Origin: Gammaproteobacteria bacterium
Lineage (GTDB): Bacteria; Pseudomonadota; Gammaproteobacteria; Magnimaribacterales; TMED112
Assembly (NCBI GenBank): GCA_038133485.1
Contig: JAYPTH010000001.1
Location: 33,474 to 97,473 of the forward strand
Reading direction: 5' to 3'
DNA length: 64,000 bases
The notes below the pieces were generated by a model. The model did no database searches and was not told the origin of the DNA. It saw nothing but the letters and a program-made list of their open reading frames with translations. Every line of letters starts with the position of its first letter. Position 1 is the first letter of the stretch. Shown here piece by piece: positions 1 to 10,331 of the stretch. The translations under genes were made by a program, and so were the position numbers.

Positions 1-285
1 TTCTTCCCACAACATTTTGTAGGATTAGCAGGGATGCCGAGAAGATATGCTGATTATGCCCTTCAGTTTGCTGAGTGGAATGCTGTATCTTCGGTTGGAG
101 CATTTTTATTTGGACTTTCACAATTATTATTTTTATATATTGTAGTTAAGGCTGTTATGGCCGGAAAGAAAGCAACTCCACAAGTTTGGGATGGTGCCAG
201 AGGATTAGAATGGACTGTTGATTCACCTGCTCCTTACCACACATTTGAGGTGCCTCCAACAATCACAGAAAAGACTAAATTATGA
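1..285 (+). CDS. ctaD: Cytochrome c oxidase (aa3) subunit I, C-terminal fragment; the 5' end is cut by the window edge
   Basis: Frame 1 is open from base 1. The tail '[16 protein letters not shown]...' is typical of the heme-copper oxidase subunit I C-terminus. It is followed by cox11 and coxC. Confidence 0.9.
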   Translation, partial: FFPQHFVGLAGMPRRYADYALQFAEWNAVSSVGAFLFGLSQLLFLYIVVKAVMAGKKATPQVWDGARGLEWTVDSPAPYHTFEVPPTITEKTKL

Positions 286-818
286 AAAAAGCGTTTATAA
301 GTTTGATTGCTGCAGTTATCTTTATGTTTGCATTCTCTTTTATGCTTGTTCCTCTTTACAATGTTTTTTGTGAAGTGACTGGTCTTAATGGAAAAATTTA
401 TGGCCCATCAGATTTTTTTAAATCTGAAAAAGAAGTAAAACAGAGAAACGTAAATATTAGATTTTTAAGTCAAGTTAATGAATCAGCTCCTGTAACGTTT
501 TATCCTTCATCAGAAGCAATAGAGGTTCTTACAGATAAAGTAAGCAAAACGTCTTATGTTGCAAGAAATAACACCAATAAAACTTTAACGCTTACAATAA
601 TTCCTTCAGTTTCTCCAGGTCTTGCTGCAGAACAGGTAAAAAAAATTCAATGTTTTTGTTTTGAAGAGCAGACTTTGGCTCCATACGAAGAGCAAGAATG
701 GCCAATAAGATTCTACGTAGACTCAGAATTAAGAGAAAATGTAAATAACATCTATTTATCTTATACTTTGTTTGAAAATAATAGAGAAAACATAGTGACA
801 ATGCATCATGACAGCTAA
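282..818 (+). CDS. ctaG: Cytochrome c oxidase assembly protein Cox11/CtaG (copper insertion)
   Basis: Contains the '[12 protein letters not shown]' CFCF copper-binding motif and an N-terminal TM helix. It has an ATGA overlap with subunit I. Confidence 0.85.
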   Translation: MKKAFISLIAAVIFMFAFSFMLVPLYNVFCEVTGLNGKIYGPSDFFKSEKEVKQRNVNIRFLSQVNESAPVTFYPSSEAIEVLTDKVSKTSYVARNNTNKTLTLTIIPSVSPGLAAEQVKKIQCFCFEEQTLAPYEEQEWPIRFYVDSELRENVNNIYLSYTLFENNRENIVTMHHDS

Positions 819-1728
819 ATCAGAAACACATCAAAAATATTACGTTCCAGAAGAAAGTAGAATCCCAATAGTATTTGCAGTTGCAGCAATGATTGTAGGT
901 TTTGGTGCCGCCAATGCTGTAGCAGGCTATGGAACCACAATGCTATATGTAGGGCTGATTGCTGTAGTTTTTACCCTTGCATTTTGGTGGTCAACTGTAA
1001 CTAAAGAATCACAAGCTGGTCTGGATACACCACAACTAAATAATGCATATGTTTATGGAATGGCATGGTTTATTTTTTCAGAGGTAATGTTTTTCTTCGC
1101 TTTTTTTGGCGCATTATTTTATATAAGGTCATTTGCAATTACTTGGCTCGGGGGAGAGGGTGCTAAAGGAATTGCTGGAGAGCTATTATGGCCAGAATTT
1201 GAGGCGACATGGCCACCTATGGTAACTCCAGAACAAAGCTTAATTGGCGAAGATGCCACATTTAAGGGGCCTGACGAAAACATGTATCTTCACAGCTTAA
1301 AAGATATTGGTTCTTGGTTACCTCTGTGGAACACAGTGGTGCTTTTAAGTTCTAGTGGAACGGTACACATTGCACATATGGCTCTGAAAGAAAACAACAG
1401 AAAAAGGTTTAATTTCTGGCTTGGCGTAACAGTAACCTTAGCTTTTATTTTTGTTATTCTGCAAGCAGTTGAATATTATGAAGCTTATAGTCATTTGGGC
1501 CTTACACTTAACTCGGGTGTATATGGAACGACGTTTTTTATGCTCACAGGGTTTCATGGCATGCATGTTTTAATTGGTGGAATATTCCTTTTAACTCAAT
1601 TAGTCAGATCTACAGGTTATAAGCACTTTTCAGACAAGGAACACTTTGGATTTGAGGCAGCTTCTTGGTACTGGCATTTTGTAGATGTGGTTTGGGTATG
1701 TCTATTCTTATTTGTTTATATTCTTTAA
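808..1728 (+). CDS. coxC: Cytochrome c oxidase subunit III
   Basis: Polytopic membrane protein with the 'HGMHVLIGGIFLL' and 'WYWHFVDVVW' motifs, at the expected position in the cox cluster. Confidence 0.9.
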   Translation: MTAKSETHQKYYVPEESRIPIVFAVAAMIVGFGAANAVAGYGTTMLYVGLIAVVFTLAFWWSTVTKESQAGLDTPQLNNAYVYGMAWFIFSEVMFFFAFFGALFYIRSFAITWLGGEGAKGIAGELLWPEFEATWPPMVTPEQSLIGEDATFKGPDENMYLHSLKDIGSWLPLWNTVVLLSSSGTVHIAHMALKENNRKRFNFWLGVTVTLAFIFVILQAVEYYEAYSHLGLTLNSGVYGTTFFMLTGFHGMHVLIGGIFLLTQLVRSTGYKHFSDKEHFGFEAASWYWHFVDVVWVCLFLFVYIL

Positions 1729-1937
1729 CCCCACGGGGCATTGTTGCCAAGTTGACCAGTGAAGAGACCATAACCAACTAAGATTAATAAGATCGCACCT
1801 AATGTAACTCTAAAACCAAGACCATACAGAATCCTCTTTTTCCCTGGATTGCCTCTGTCAATAAAAAGAAAAATCAAGCTAGAGATCAGGCTAATTAAAA
1901 TGAGGACAACTAAAACTATAATAATATTTTGTAACAC
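1725..1937 (-). CDS. Small two-TM membrane protein (DUF2909-like by position)
   Basis: A 70-aa, two-helix hydrophobic protein on the opposite strand between coxC and surf1. This matches the arrangement in the Pseudomonas cox cluster, recalled from memory. Confidence 0.5.
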   Translation of the reverse strand: MLQNIIIVLVVLILISLISSLIFLFIDRGNPGKKRILYGLGFRVTLGAILLILVGYGLFTGQLGNNAPWG

Positions 1938-1956
1938 ACAGTTATTTTAAACATAT

Positions 1957-2643
1957 ATGAAAGGCTTTAAGAAAAAGATTTTAATTTTTACCTTTATATT
2001 CATGCCCATTACATTTTTGCTTGGATTGTGGCAGCTTGATCGGGCCGAAGAAAAAAAGGGAATCTTAGAAGAGTTTAATAATTTAGTAACTCAACCACCG
2101 GTAGATATAAATCAAGGCGAAATAAAAAATTGGCAACCTATCACTGCAGAAGGTAATTTTGTAGATACTTATATATATGAGGACAATGCTTTATTAGAAG
2201 GAAGGGCCGGGTTTAAGGTTTATCATTTATTTCACACAAAAGCTAATAAATATATATTTGTTCATAGAGGCTTTCTCGAAAGGAACAGTATTAAAAACAA
2301 CCTTCCCAAGGTTTCAAGCCCCTTGGGCACAATGACATTATTAGGCAACAAGTTAGAAAAAAATAAAAACCCTTTTATAGACAACAAGGCTGAAGAAACT
2401 CCGCTAATCATTCAGGAGTTTGACTTAGAGGTGATAGTAGAACGCTTTGATGAGCTTAAAGATAAAGAAATTTACAATTTTTTGTTTAATTTAGAGCCAT
2501 CCAGTGAAATTAAATTTAAATCTATAGAAAAGCCCATAAATATGACATCAGAAAAACATATAGGCTACGCAATTCAATGGTTTGGTTTGTTTGCTATTTT
2601 GCTTGTGATGACCCTGTATATTGGACTTAAAAAAAATGAATAA
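1957..2643 (+). CDS. surf1: SURF1 family cytochrome oxidase biogenesis protein
   Basis: Contains the 'LGLWQLDRAEEKK' motif and has TM helices at both the N- and C-terminus. The cox cluster context supports the call. Confidence 0.8.
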   Translation: MKGFKKKILIFTFIFMPITFLLGLWQLDRAEEKKGILEEFNNLVTQPPVDINQGEIKNWQPITAEGNFVDTYIYEDNALLEGRAGFKVYHLFHTKANKYIFVHRGFLERNSIKNNLPKVSSPLGTMTLLGNKLEKNKNPFIDNKAEETPLIIQEFDLEVIVERFDELKDKEIYNFLFNLEPSSEIKFKSIEKPINMTSEKHIGYAIQWFGLFAILLVMTLYIGLKKNE

Positions 2644-3193
2644 AAATAAGTGGCTTGCAATAATAATTCTTATTACCCCAATAGTGGTTTTAGGGCTTTC
2701 AACTTTGACATTTTATTTTGGCTACAAGCCAGGAAATGCATCAAACAACGGGGAGCTAATATATCCACATATTGAGACAGAAGATGCAAAGTTAGTAAGA
2801 ACTAATGGCGAGTTATTTAGCTTCCTAAAAGGCAAGTGGTACTTAATCTACTTTGATGACATGACTGACATGTCAGAAAGTGAAGAAAAACTTAAATTTC
2901 TGTTTAGTTTGAATACAACTTTAGGCAGAGAGATGAATAGAGTAAAAAGGGTTGTTATTATTAGCGAAAATGAAACTATTGGGGATTACCAAGATTTAAT
3001 TGATAGCTTCCCTAGTACTTTTTTTGTTTTTGATAAAGAGAATATTCTTAAAGATAAAATCACAAATACTAGGACTGACCCATATCAAAGTAAATCTATT
3101 TATCTTTCAGATGATTTTTCAAACATTATGGAGGAATTTAATTCCGAGATGGAATTTAAAGAAATCTTTGAAGACTTAAAAACATTATTATGA
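2636..3193 (+). CDS. Membrane-anchored hypothetical protein of the cox cluster (possible cysteine-less Sco/thioredoxin-like fold)
   Basis: ATG at 2636 forms an ATGAATAA overlap with the surf1 stop; the track's TTG at 2621 is an alternative start. It has one N-terminal TM helix. 'KGKWYLIYFDD' resembles the Sco 'LIYFGYTSCP' region but lacks the cysteines. Confidence 0.5.
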   Translation: MNKNKWLAIIILITPIVVLGLSTLTFYFGYKPGNASNNGELIYPHIETEDAKLVRTNGELFSFLKGKWYLIYFDDMTDMSESEEKLKFLFSLNTTLGREMNRVKRVVIISENETIGDYQDLIDSFPSTFFVFDKENILKDKITNTRTDPYQSKSIYLSDDFSNIMEEFNSEMEFKEIFEDLKTLL

Positions 3194-4176
3194 ATATGTT
3201 AAGGATACTTTCTGCTTTTGGGATTCTACTAGCTTTTGTGGTCATAGGGTTGGGGGCTTGGACAAGATTGGCTGATGCTGGTTTGGGGTGCCCAGACTGG
3301 CCAGGCTGCTATGGTTTCATAACATTCCCAACTACTGCTAATGAGATTGCTCAAGCAGAAATGTTGTTTCCAGACAGCCCAGTTGAAATAGAAAAGATTA
3401 TCCCTGAAGTTGTACATAGATATTTTGCTGCTTCACTTGGATTACTAGCCATAGTTATTTTGACCATCTCCCTAAAAAATAACCAGCACATAAAAATTTC
3501 TTCTATATTGCTTGCTGTAATTATTGCTCAGGGGATTTTTGGTTATTTAACTGTAAGCCTTAAACTTTATCCTCTTATTGTTACCGGCCATCTGTTTGGA
3601 GCAATAATAACGACCTCATTGTTCTTAATAATTTTTTTGAATACATCAAACTATAAGATTTCACTTATTAGATTGGCTGAGTATAGGCATTTGATCTTTA
3701 TAGGCTTTTTTTTAGTAATAGTACAAATATTTCTTGGTGCATGGACTTCTACCAACTATGCAGCAAGAGCATGTCTAGATCTTCCACTATGCCAAGGTCA
3801 GCTTGTTCCACCTACTAATTTTGCAGAGGGATTTGATTTTTTTCAGTCACTTGGGCCCAATTATTTATTTGGTCAACTTAGTAATGAGGCACGGGTAGCT
3901 ATTCATTTAACTCATAGGGTTGGAGCAATAATTGTTTTGCTTTTCTCTCTTTTGTTGGCATATAAGATTTACTCCAAAGAAACAAAAAACTTTGTTTATA
4001 TTTTCCTTGGAATATTAGGACTACAAATTTTTCTAGGCATCAATAATATTTTAAGCTCATTGCCTTTGTGGAACGCTGTTGCACATAATATGGTTGGGGT
4101 AATGCTGTTTTTATGGTTTGTTGTTATGCTTTATTTTAGTTATAAAGGCAAAAATGAATTTAACAGCTTATCTTGA
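3190..4176 (+). CDS. ctaA: Heme A synthase (COX15/CtaA)
   Basis: Contains the 'GLGCPDWPGCYG' motif, is polytopic, and carries conserved His residues. It lies upstream of cyoE. Confidence 0.85.
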   Translation: MNMLRILSAFGILLAFVVIGLGAWTRLADAGLGCPDWPGCYGFITFPTTANEIAQAEMLFPDSPVEIEKIIPEVVHRYFAASLGLLAIVILTISLKNNQHIKISSILLAVIIAQGIFGYLTVSLKLYPLIVTGHLFGAIITTSLFLIIFLNTSNYKISLIRLAEYRHLIFIGFFLVIVQIFLGAWTSTNYAARACLDLPLCQGQLVPPTNFAEGFDFFQSLGPNYLFGQLSNEARVAIHLTHRVGAIIVLLFSLLLAYKIYSKETKNFVYIFLGILGLQIFLGINNILSSLPLWNAVAHNMVGVMLFLWFVVMLYFSYKGKNEFNSLS

Positions 4177-5020
4177 GCTTTGTAAGCCAAAAATAGTTTT
4201 AATGCTTGGGCTGACAGCTCTAGTAGGGATGTTATTGTCGATTAATTTCTATACAAATACATATTCAGGCATATTAAGTTTAATTGGTTTTCTTTTTCTA
4301 GCTTCTTCATCTGCAGCATTTAATCAGATTTTTGACAAGGATATAGATAAAAATATGATCAGGACAAAAAATAGGCCAATTGCCTCGGGCAACCTTAAGC
4401 TAGCTAACGCCTTGATTTTTAGCATTTCACTTTTTGTCATAGGTTGTTTATTTCTTTATGTTTATTCAAACATCTTGACCTTAATGCTGACAATTTTTGG
4501 CTTTGTTTTCTATAGTTTGATATATACGTTATTTCTCAAGTGGAAGACCCCTCAGAATATTGTTATAGGAGGTTTTTCGGGGGCTTTGCCGCCTCTAATT
4601 GGTTGGACTGCAGTAAGCAATGAGATATCTCTAATGCCAATTATGCTTGTAATGGTAATCTTTTTATGGACACCACCTCATTTCTGGCCTTTAGCTATCC
4701 ATAGAATTGAAGATTATAGGAATCAAAATGTTCCAATGATGCCAGTAGTAAAAGGTATAAAAAGAACAAAAATAGAAATGATAATTTATGCAATTTTACT
4801 AGCTATTGCATCTGTTATTCCATATCTGTACGAACTTACAGGACAGCTATATTTTTTTGGCACTTTGCTTTTAAATTTATTTTTTGTTTATTTGTGTATT
4901 GATTATTTAAATGATTTTAAAAATAAGAAATCTATGAAGATTTTTAACTTCTCAGTCTGGTATATGTTTTTATTTTTTGTAATTACTTACGCAGACTTTC
5001 TTATATTTATTAATGACTAA
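4154..5020 (+). CDS. cyoE: Protoheme IX farnesyltransferase (heme O synthase)
   Basis: Contains the 'DKDIDKNMIRTKNRPIASG' UbiA-family motif. I prefer the ATG at 4154 ('MNLTAYLELCKPKIV') over the track start at 4118. Confidence 0.9.
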   Translation: MNLTAYLELCKPKIVLMLGLTALVGMLLSINFYTNTYSGILSLIGFLFLASSSAAFNQIFDKDIDKNMIRTKNRPIASGNLKLANALIFSISLFVIGCLFLYVYSNILTLMLTIFGFVFYSLIYTLFLKWKTPQNIVIGGFSGALPPLIGWTAVSNEISLMPIMLVMVIFLWTPPHFWPLAIHRIEDYRNQNVPMMPVVKGIKRTKIEMIIYAILLAIASVIPYLYELTGQLYFFGTLLLNLFFVYLCIDYLNDFKNKKSMKIFNFSVWYMFLFFVITYADFLIFIND

Positions 5021-5636
5021 GAACACGCTTACTATCTTCTTAATATCTCTAACTATATTTTTAGCATTATTTTCTATGTACAGAATAACCCAACCAAGAG
5101 TTTTATCAGATGAAGAAATGAAAGTTAATGGCTTCCTGCAATACGGCAACAACCAAAAAATCAGAGAATTTAGCCTAGTTGACCATAATGGTAATAATTT
5201 CATAAACTCCAATTTAAAGACAAATAAAATTAATTTAATTTATTTTGGCTATACATCATGCCCAACCGAATGTCCGGTAATGATGTCTGTAATGAAGCAA
5301 GTTTTTGCAAAAATTGATACCAGCCAGGTTGCATATTATTTGATCAGCATTGACCCAGAAATAGATACACAAGAAAGGCTAAAGAGTTATGTTACAGCTT
5401 TTAATAATAATTTTATGGGGATAACAGGGCAATTTTCAGAGATTACTAAACTGGGGTATCAGCTTGGGGTTGAAAAGCTTGCACCTACTTTAGATCATCA
5501 GAACCATAGAGTAATTACTCACACAAACCATTTGATAGCAGTCAATGATAATGGAAAAATTCTTGGGGTTTTTAGAGGTCCATTCGATAGTTCCAGAATG
5601 TCGCTAGTAATAAAATCTTTGTTGGTTGTGAACTAG
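5013..5636 (+). CDS. senC: SCO1/SenC copper chaperone
   Basis: Contains the 'YFGYTSCPTECP' CxxxC motif, a downstream His, and an N-terminal TM anchor. Confidence 0.85.
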   Translation: MTKNTLTIFLISLTIFLALFSMYRITQPRVLSDEEMKVNGFLQYGNNQKIREFSLVDHNGNNFINSNLKTNKINLIYFGYTSCPTECPVMMSVMKQVFAKIDTSQVAYYLISIDPEIDTQERLKSYVTAFNNNFMGITGQFSEITKLGYQLGVEKLAPTLDHQNHRVITHTNHLIAVNDNGKILGVFRGPFDSSRMSLVIKSLLVVN

Positions 5637-5773
5637 CTTAATAGCCAAAATAGAAAGATTCCCACAATAAACCCTTCAAACCATGAATACCACATCAAAC
5701 CATAGTGATCTATACCCATTAGTTTCATAAAATCTTCAGCAATTTTTTTGTGCCACTTAATAAAACTATTCAT
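5633..5773 (-). CDS. 46-aa small membrane protein, translationally coupled to qor (hypothetical)
   Basis: My own translation is MNSFIKWHKKIAEDFMKLMGIDHYGLMWYSWFEGFIVGIFLFWLLS. Its start shares a TAATG junction with the qor stop. It has a C-terminal TM helix. It is below the ORF-track cut-off. Confidence 0.4.
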   Translation of the reverse strand: MNSFIKWHKKIAEDFMKLMGIDHYGLMWYSWFEGFIVGIFLFWLLS

Positions 5774-6777
5774 TATGAATCATTAATCAGCACAACTTTT
5801 CCAGTGACTCCTCTGTTTCCGATCAGATTTATTGCACTGATAGCATCTTTCATCTTAAAGGTTTGTGAAATAAAAGGGTTGAGTGTGCCTTCAGCGACCA
5901 TTTTATTTAAAGCCTTAATATTTGAGTGGTTCTCTTCAGGCTGGAGTCCCGTAAAAGTGCCCCAAAAGACCCCATTAATTGATGCCCCCTTTAGTAATGC
6001 AAGATTGAGTGGCATTTTGGGTATTTCCCCAGCCGCAAATCCAATTACCAGATACCTTCCTTTCCAGCCAATAGCTCTAAATGCTGGCTCAGCATAACAA
6101 TCACCAATAGGGTCAAAAATAATATCATATCCATTTTTAGTGCTTTTACTTTTTAATTCAGATGAAAAAGATTTCTGCCCATCCTTGTCCAATTTTTCTG
6201 ATCCATAAACAACAACTTCATCGGCACCATAATCTTTACATATTTTGGCCTTTTCTTTACTTGAAACTCCTGCAACAACTCGAGCACCCAAGGCTTTAGC
6301 AATATCAATAGCAGCTAATCCAACTCCACCGGATCCACCAAGAACCAAAATCTCATCATCTTTTTGTGTTTGCCCCCTTTGCACAAGGGCATGATAACTT
6401 GTTCCATAAGCCAACTGATAAGAGGCAGCAATCTCAAAAGAAATATCATCTTGGATTTTAAAAACTAAATTTTCATCAAGAGAAATTTCTTCAGCAAAAG
6501 CTCCGACTATTGACATAAAATAGACCCTGTCACCAATTTTGTGTTTTGTAACGTTTTCCCCTATTTTCTTTATGACCCCAGAACCTTCATTGCCCGGTGT
6601 AAAAGGTAGCGGCGGCTGAAACTGATATAAGCCTTGTACTATCAAGTAGTCTGGAAAGTTTAAGGCAGCCGCTTTGACCTCTATCACAACTTCATTTGGT
6701 TGTGGCTCCAAGCTCTCACCATGCTCCCAGACAAGGTTTTCAACTGGACCAAAATCTTTGCAAACAATTTTATTCAT
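5773..6777 (-). CDS. qor: NADPH:quinone oxidoreductase / MDR-family zinc-type dehydrogenase
   Basis: Contains the 'GGSGGVGLAAIDIAKALGA' Rossmann motif. The GroES-like N-terminal domain pattern is also present. Confidence 0.8.
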   Translation of the reverse strand: MNKIVCKDFGPVENLVWEHGESLEPQPNEVVIEVKAAALNFPDYLIVQGLYQFQPPLPFTPGNEGSGVIKKIGENVTKHKIGDRVYFMSIVGAFAEEISLDENLVFKIQDDISFEIAASYQLAYGTSYHALVQRGQTQKDDEILVLGGSGGVGLAAIDIAKALGARVVAGVSSKEKAKICKDYGADEVVVYGSEKLDKDGQKSFSSELKSKSTKNGYDIIFDPIGDCYAEPAFRAIGWKGRYLVIGFAAGEIPKMPLNLALLKGASINGVFWGTFTGLQPEENHSNIKALNKMVAEGTLNPFISQTFKMKDAISAINLIGNRGVTGKVVLINDS

Positions 6778-8261
6778 TTTGTCTCTCCTCTAAAGTTTTT
6801 TAGAAACTCATCAAACCCTATCTTATCTTTAGAGAGATGGTCATCAAACTTTTTTAAGGACTCAAGGCTCTCTTGCATAAATAATTCCTGTAACTCAGAG
6901 TTTATTTCAATTTCAATAGGAAGAGATTTGGTTTTAACAAAATTAATTATCCCATCGCACGCTAAAATCTCTTCAATTACTCTTTCAGACAATGGTTTTT
7001 CATTTCTTCTTTTTAGTTCAACAATCATCTCATCAAAATTTTCATTGATTTGAGATTTATTTAAAACTTGCTCAAGTCTATTTAAAAATTCGTTAGTAAT
7101 TGTTTTTATTGAAGCTTCACTTTTCGCATCTTCATAACTGGTTATAAGATTACAATCTTGTCCTCTTTCAGATGCTCTTCTAATATTTTCTTTAATAATT
7201 TCAGCTTCTATTGCATTAATTTCCGGTGATTCACAAATAGTGCAATAGAACGTAAATGCTTCCCAAAATAAAAGATCGTTTGCTGACACCCCAATATCAG
7301 AAAAAGGGTTGAGGTCGATGGATCTAATTTCTAAATAATCTATCCCACCACTTTCTAATTGAATAAATTGACGTAAGTTTGGCTGCTTAGCTTTAGGCCT
7401 AATGTGGTTATATAACTCGCTCTCCATCTGAATAGTGCCTGTATTAACTTGTTGGTAGTCAGGGGCAGATGATGGGATATTAGAAAACTTTTTATTTGGC
7501 TTGTTAATATATTCACGCATGATATCTAGGTAGCCATCAAGAGAATTAAAATCTATAAAATTCTTTTCCTGTTCTTCTGAATAGTAGCCAAGCCTGCTTA
7601 CTCTTAGGGAGGTCGCTTTAGGCAAATAGCAGTTATTTTCACCTATTTGTTCAACATGCAAGTCTCTCCCTTTTAAGAATGAGCAATGTGTAACAGGAGA
7701 ACAGCCTGTTAATCTTAGTGCGATTGGGAAGAGTCTCAATAAGTTTCTTGCAACCCCAAGATAAAATTGATTCTTTTCCTCTGCCAAGTTTTTTAAATAG
7801 GTTTCAGAAAAAGAAATATTAAAGTGAATCCCTGCTGTGCTTTGCATTTTATCTCCATACCTATTTCTTAAACCCAATCTATATAAGTATGCTAGCTTTG
7901 ATTTGTTCGTAACACCTGCTTTGGGCAGAGTTATTACATCTTCCTTGAAAATAGGGGGCATAGAATAATTCCACAAATAATCACCATCAAGATTTTGCTG
8001 GACGTAAAAATGCAATTGGGATAAAAAGTTATATAGATCATCATTATTTTCAAAGGTAGGCGTAATAAGCTCTAAATGAGGTTCTGAGTAATCTAGAGTT
8101 ACATAATTATTGAAATGATGACTACCAAGTGATTTGGGGTAGGATTTATCCGATATTTCTGCAAAGCTATTTGCTCTTAGATTTTCTTTTTCTAAACCTT
8201 TTGTAATTGTTTTATCGGAACTAAGAAAAGCCCCAACCCTAGTTTGGCTTGGTAATATCAT
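6774..8261 (-). CDS. gshA: Glutamate--cysteine ligase
   Basis: 'HFNISFSE', 'RVSRLGY' and 'YLEIRSIDLNPF' resemble E. coli-type GshA. Its length is about 495 aa. Confidence 0.85.
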   Translation of the reverse strand: MILPSQTRVGAFLSSDKTITKGLEKENLRANSFAEISDKSYPKSLGSHHFNNYVTLDYSEPHLELITPTFENNDDLYNFLSQLHFYVQQNLDGDYLWNYSMPPIFKEDVITLPKAGVTNKSKLAYLYRLGLRNRYGDKMQSTAGIHFNISFSETYLKNLAEEKNQFYLGVARNLLRLFPIALRLTGCSPVTHCSFLKGRDLHVEQIGENNCYLPKATSLRVSRLGYYSEEQEKNFIDFNSLDGYLDIMREYINKPNKKFSNIPSSAPDYQQVNTGTIQMESELYNHIRPKAKQPNLRQFIQLESGGIDYLEIRSIDLNPFSDIGVSANDLLFWEAFTFYCTICESPEINAIEAEIIKENIRRASERGQDCNLITSYEDAKSEASIKTITNEFLNRLEQVLNKSQINENFDEMIVELKRRNEKPLSERVIEEILACDGIINFVKTKSLPIEIEINSELQELFMQESLESLKKFDDHLSKDKIGFDEFLKNFRGETK

Positions 8262-8273
8262 ATTAAAGTAGTT

Positions 8274-9797
8274 TTACCTTGGCCCGGCAGCTGAGATTTC
8301 ATCAGCCACAATATATTTTTGAAAATTCTCTTTAAACCTAGAGCATAGTTTCTCGCATTCCTGATCATATTCTTCACCTGAAGTCCAAGTATTCCTTGGA
8401 TTTAACAGGTTTTGATCAACGCCGTCAACACTTTTAGGAACAGCAAGATTAAGTTGTTCTAACATTTCTAGGTTATTGTGATCTATTTTATTTTCTTGGA
8501 TCGCGGCAATTATTGCTCTAGTAGTTGGTATTGAAAATCTTTCACCAACACCATAGCTACCTCCTGTCCAACCTGTGTTGACTAAATAAACTTTGGTATT
8601 ATTTTTTCTTATTCTTTTTATCAATAGGTCAGCATAAACATTAGCAGGCCTAGGAAAAAATGGTGCTCCAAAACAAGTTGAGAAAGTATAATCCATTGAT
8701 TTTGTGCTTCCAATTTCAGTAGAACCCACTTTGGCTGTATAGCCGCTCAAAAAATGATATGCAGCAGCATTTTCATCTAGAACTGAAACTGGTGGCAGCA
8801 CTCCTGACAAATCACAGGTTAAAAAAATTATGTTATCTGGTTCATTGCCTTCATTTTCAGGAACAGAGTTATCAATGAATTCTCTGGGGTAGCAGACTCT
8901 TGTATTTTCTGTGTATGTTCCATCATCATAATCTGGCTCTCCAACGTCATTTGTGACTACATTTTCCAAAACACTACCAAAACGTATGGCTTCCCATATT
9001 AGGGGTTCATTTTCTTTAGATAGATTTATACATTTTGCATAACACCCTCCTTCAAAGTTGAAAACAGTGCCATCACCCCAGCCATGCTCATCATCTCCAA
9101 TTAAGTTACACCTTGGATCAGCCGAAAGAGTTGTTTTTCCTGTTCCTGATAAACCAAAAAAAAGAGTAGTTCTTTTGTCAGGGGTCTGATTAGCAGAGCA
9201 GTGCATAGGTAAAACGTCTTTTTCAGGTAATAAAAAATTCTGCACAGAGAACATTGATTTTTTCATTTCGCCCGCATATTTCATGCCTGCAATTAGAACC
9301 TTTCTCCTTAAGAAATTTATAATTACGCAAGATTCTGAATTGGTATGATCTATCTCCGGATCACAAACATAGTTTGCTGCTGAAAGAATCTTCCATTTTT
9401 CTTTATTTTCAGGATTGAATGCTTCTGGAACGATAAAAATTAATTTTGAAAAGAGCGAATGCCAAGCAAGCTCAGTTTTTACTTCAACTGGTATGTAGTG
9501 ATCCTTATTAGAGCCAACATGAACAGATGAAGTGTAATGATCTTTATTGTCTAAATAGTCTGATACTTTTTCCCATAATGCATCAAAATGATTGGGATCA
9601 AATGGCCTATTTACATCCCCCCAATCTATCTGATCTGACGTGCTGCTCTCTTTGACAATGAATCTATCTGCAGGACTTCTTCCAGTTCTGTTTCCCGTGA
9701 GCGAATTAAATGCACCATTTGCTACCAATTCTCCTTCACCATTTGCGACTGCTGATTGAATTAATTTTGTATTTGAAAGTTCTAGACTTCTAGACAT
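8274..9797 (-). CDS. pckA: Phosphoenolpyruvate carboxykinase (ATP)
   Basis: Contains the '[11 protein letters not shown]' kinase-1a motif. Length is about 507 aa and the PckA pattern holds throughout. Confidence 0.95.
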   Translation of the reverse strand: MSRSLELSNTKLIQSAVANGEGELVANGAFNSLTGNRTGRSPADRFIVKESSTSDQIDWGDVNRPFDPNHFDALWEKVSDYLDNKDHYTSSVHVGSNKDHYIPVEVKTELAWHSLFSKLIFIVPEAFNPENKEKWKILSAANYVCDPEIDHTNSESCVIINFLRRKVLIAGMKYAGEMKKSMFSVQNFLLPEKDVLPMHCSANQTPDKRTTLFFGLSGTGKTTLSADPRCNLIGDDEHGWGDGTVFNFEGGCYAKCINLSKENEPLIWEAIRFGSVLENVVTNDVGEPDYDDGTYTENTRVCYPREFIDNSVPENEGNEPDNIIFLTCDLSGVLPPVSVLDENAAAYHFLSGYTAKVGSTEIGSTKSMDYTFSTCFGAPFFPRPANVYADLLIKRIRKNNTKVYLVNTGWTGGSYGVGERFSIPTTRAIIAAIQENKIDHNNLEMLEQLNLAVPKSVDGVDQNLLNPRNTWTSGEEYDQECEKLCSRFKENFQKYIVADEISAAGPR

Positions 9798-10306
9798 TAG
9801 TTATATTTATGGCCCTTAAACATTATTAACACGTATCTTACCAGCATTAATAACAACATTGAAGAAAAAAATATTCCAGACCATTCAGCAATATTTAAAC
9901 CTAAAAACCACCACTCTTCTTCTGCACATTTGCTGCTACCCAAGAAAACTTTTTGCATGCCTTCAAAGAAAGGATACAAAGTGAATATTGCATCAAACGG
10001 CATGTCACATAAACCCATTGGCAATTCATCTTTAGGCAAATTTTGTAGATATATTTGTCTTAAGCTTGCTGACAGGCCAAAAATCATAGCCCCCAAACCA
10101 AAAAAATCAAAAAGTATGTTAAATTTTTGCACAACCATTTTGATGAGAAAAATTAAAGCAATTGCTTGTGCAGAATATTTTTGTAATAAACAGAGATTAC
10201 AAGGCACTAGCCCCTCAACGTTCTCTAAGTACCATTGACTGATGACAACAATTGTTGCAGCAACAGTTACAAGAAAATTAAAATAGCCTTCAAAAATTAC
10301 CTTCAT
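9797..10306 (-). CDS. dsbB: Disulfide bond formation protein B
   Basis: Four-TM protein with a 'PCNLC' first Cys pair and a second periplasmic Cys pair ('GLCD...SSKC'). Confidence 0.8.
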   Translation of the reverse strand: MKVIFEGYFNFLVTVAATIVVISQWYLENVEGLVPCNLCLLQKYSAQAIALIFLIKMVVQKFNILFDFFGLGAMIFGLSASLRQIYLQNLPKDELPMGLCDMPFDAIFTLYPFFEGMQKVFLGSSKCAEEEWWFLGLNIAEWSGIFFSSMLLLMLVRYVLIMFKGHKYN

Positions 10307-10331
10307 AATTAAGTATTATATATAGTGTCAA

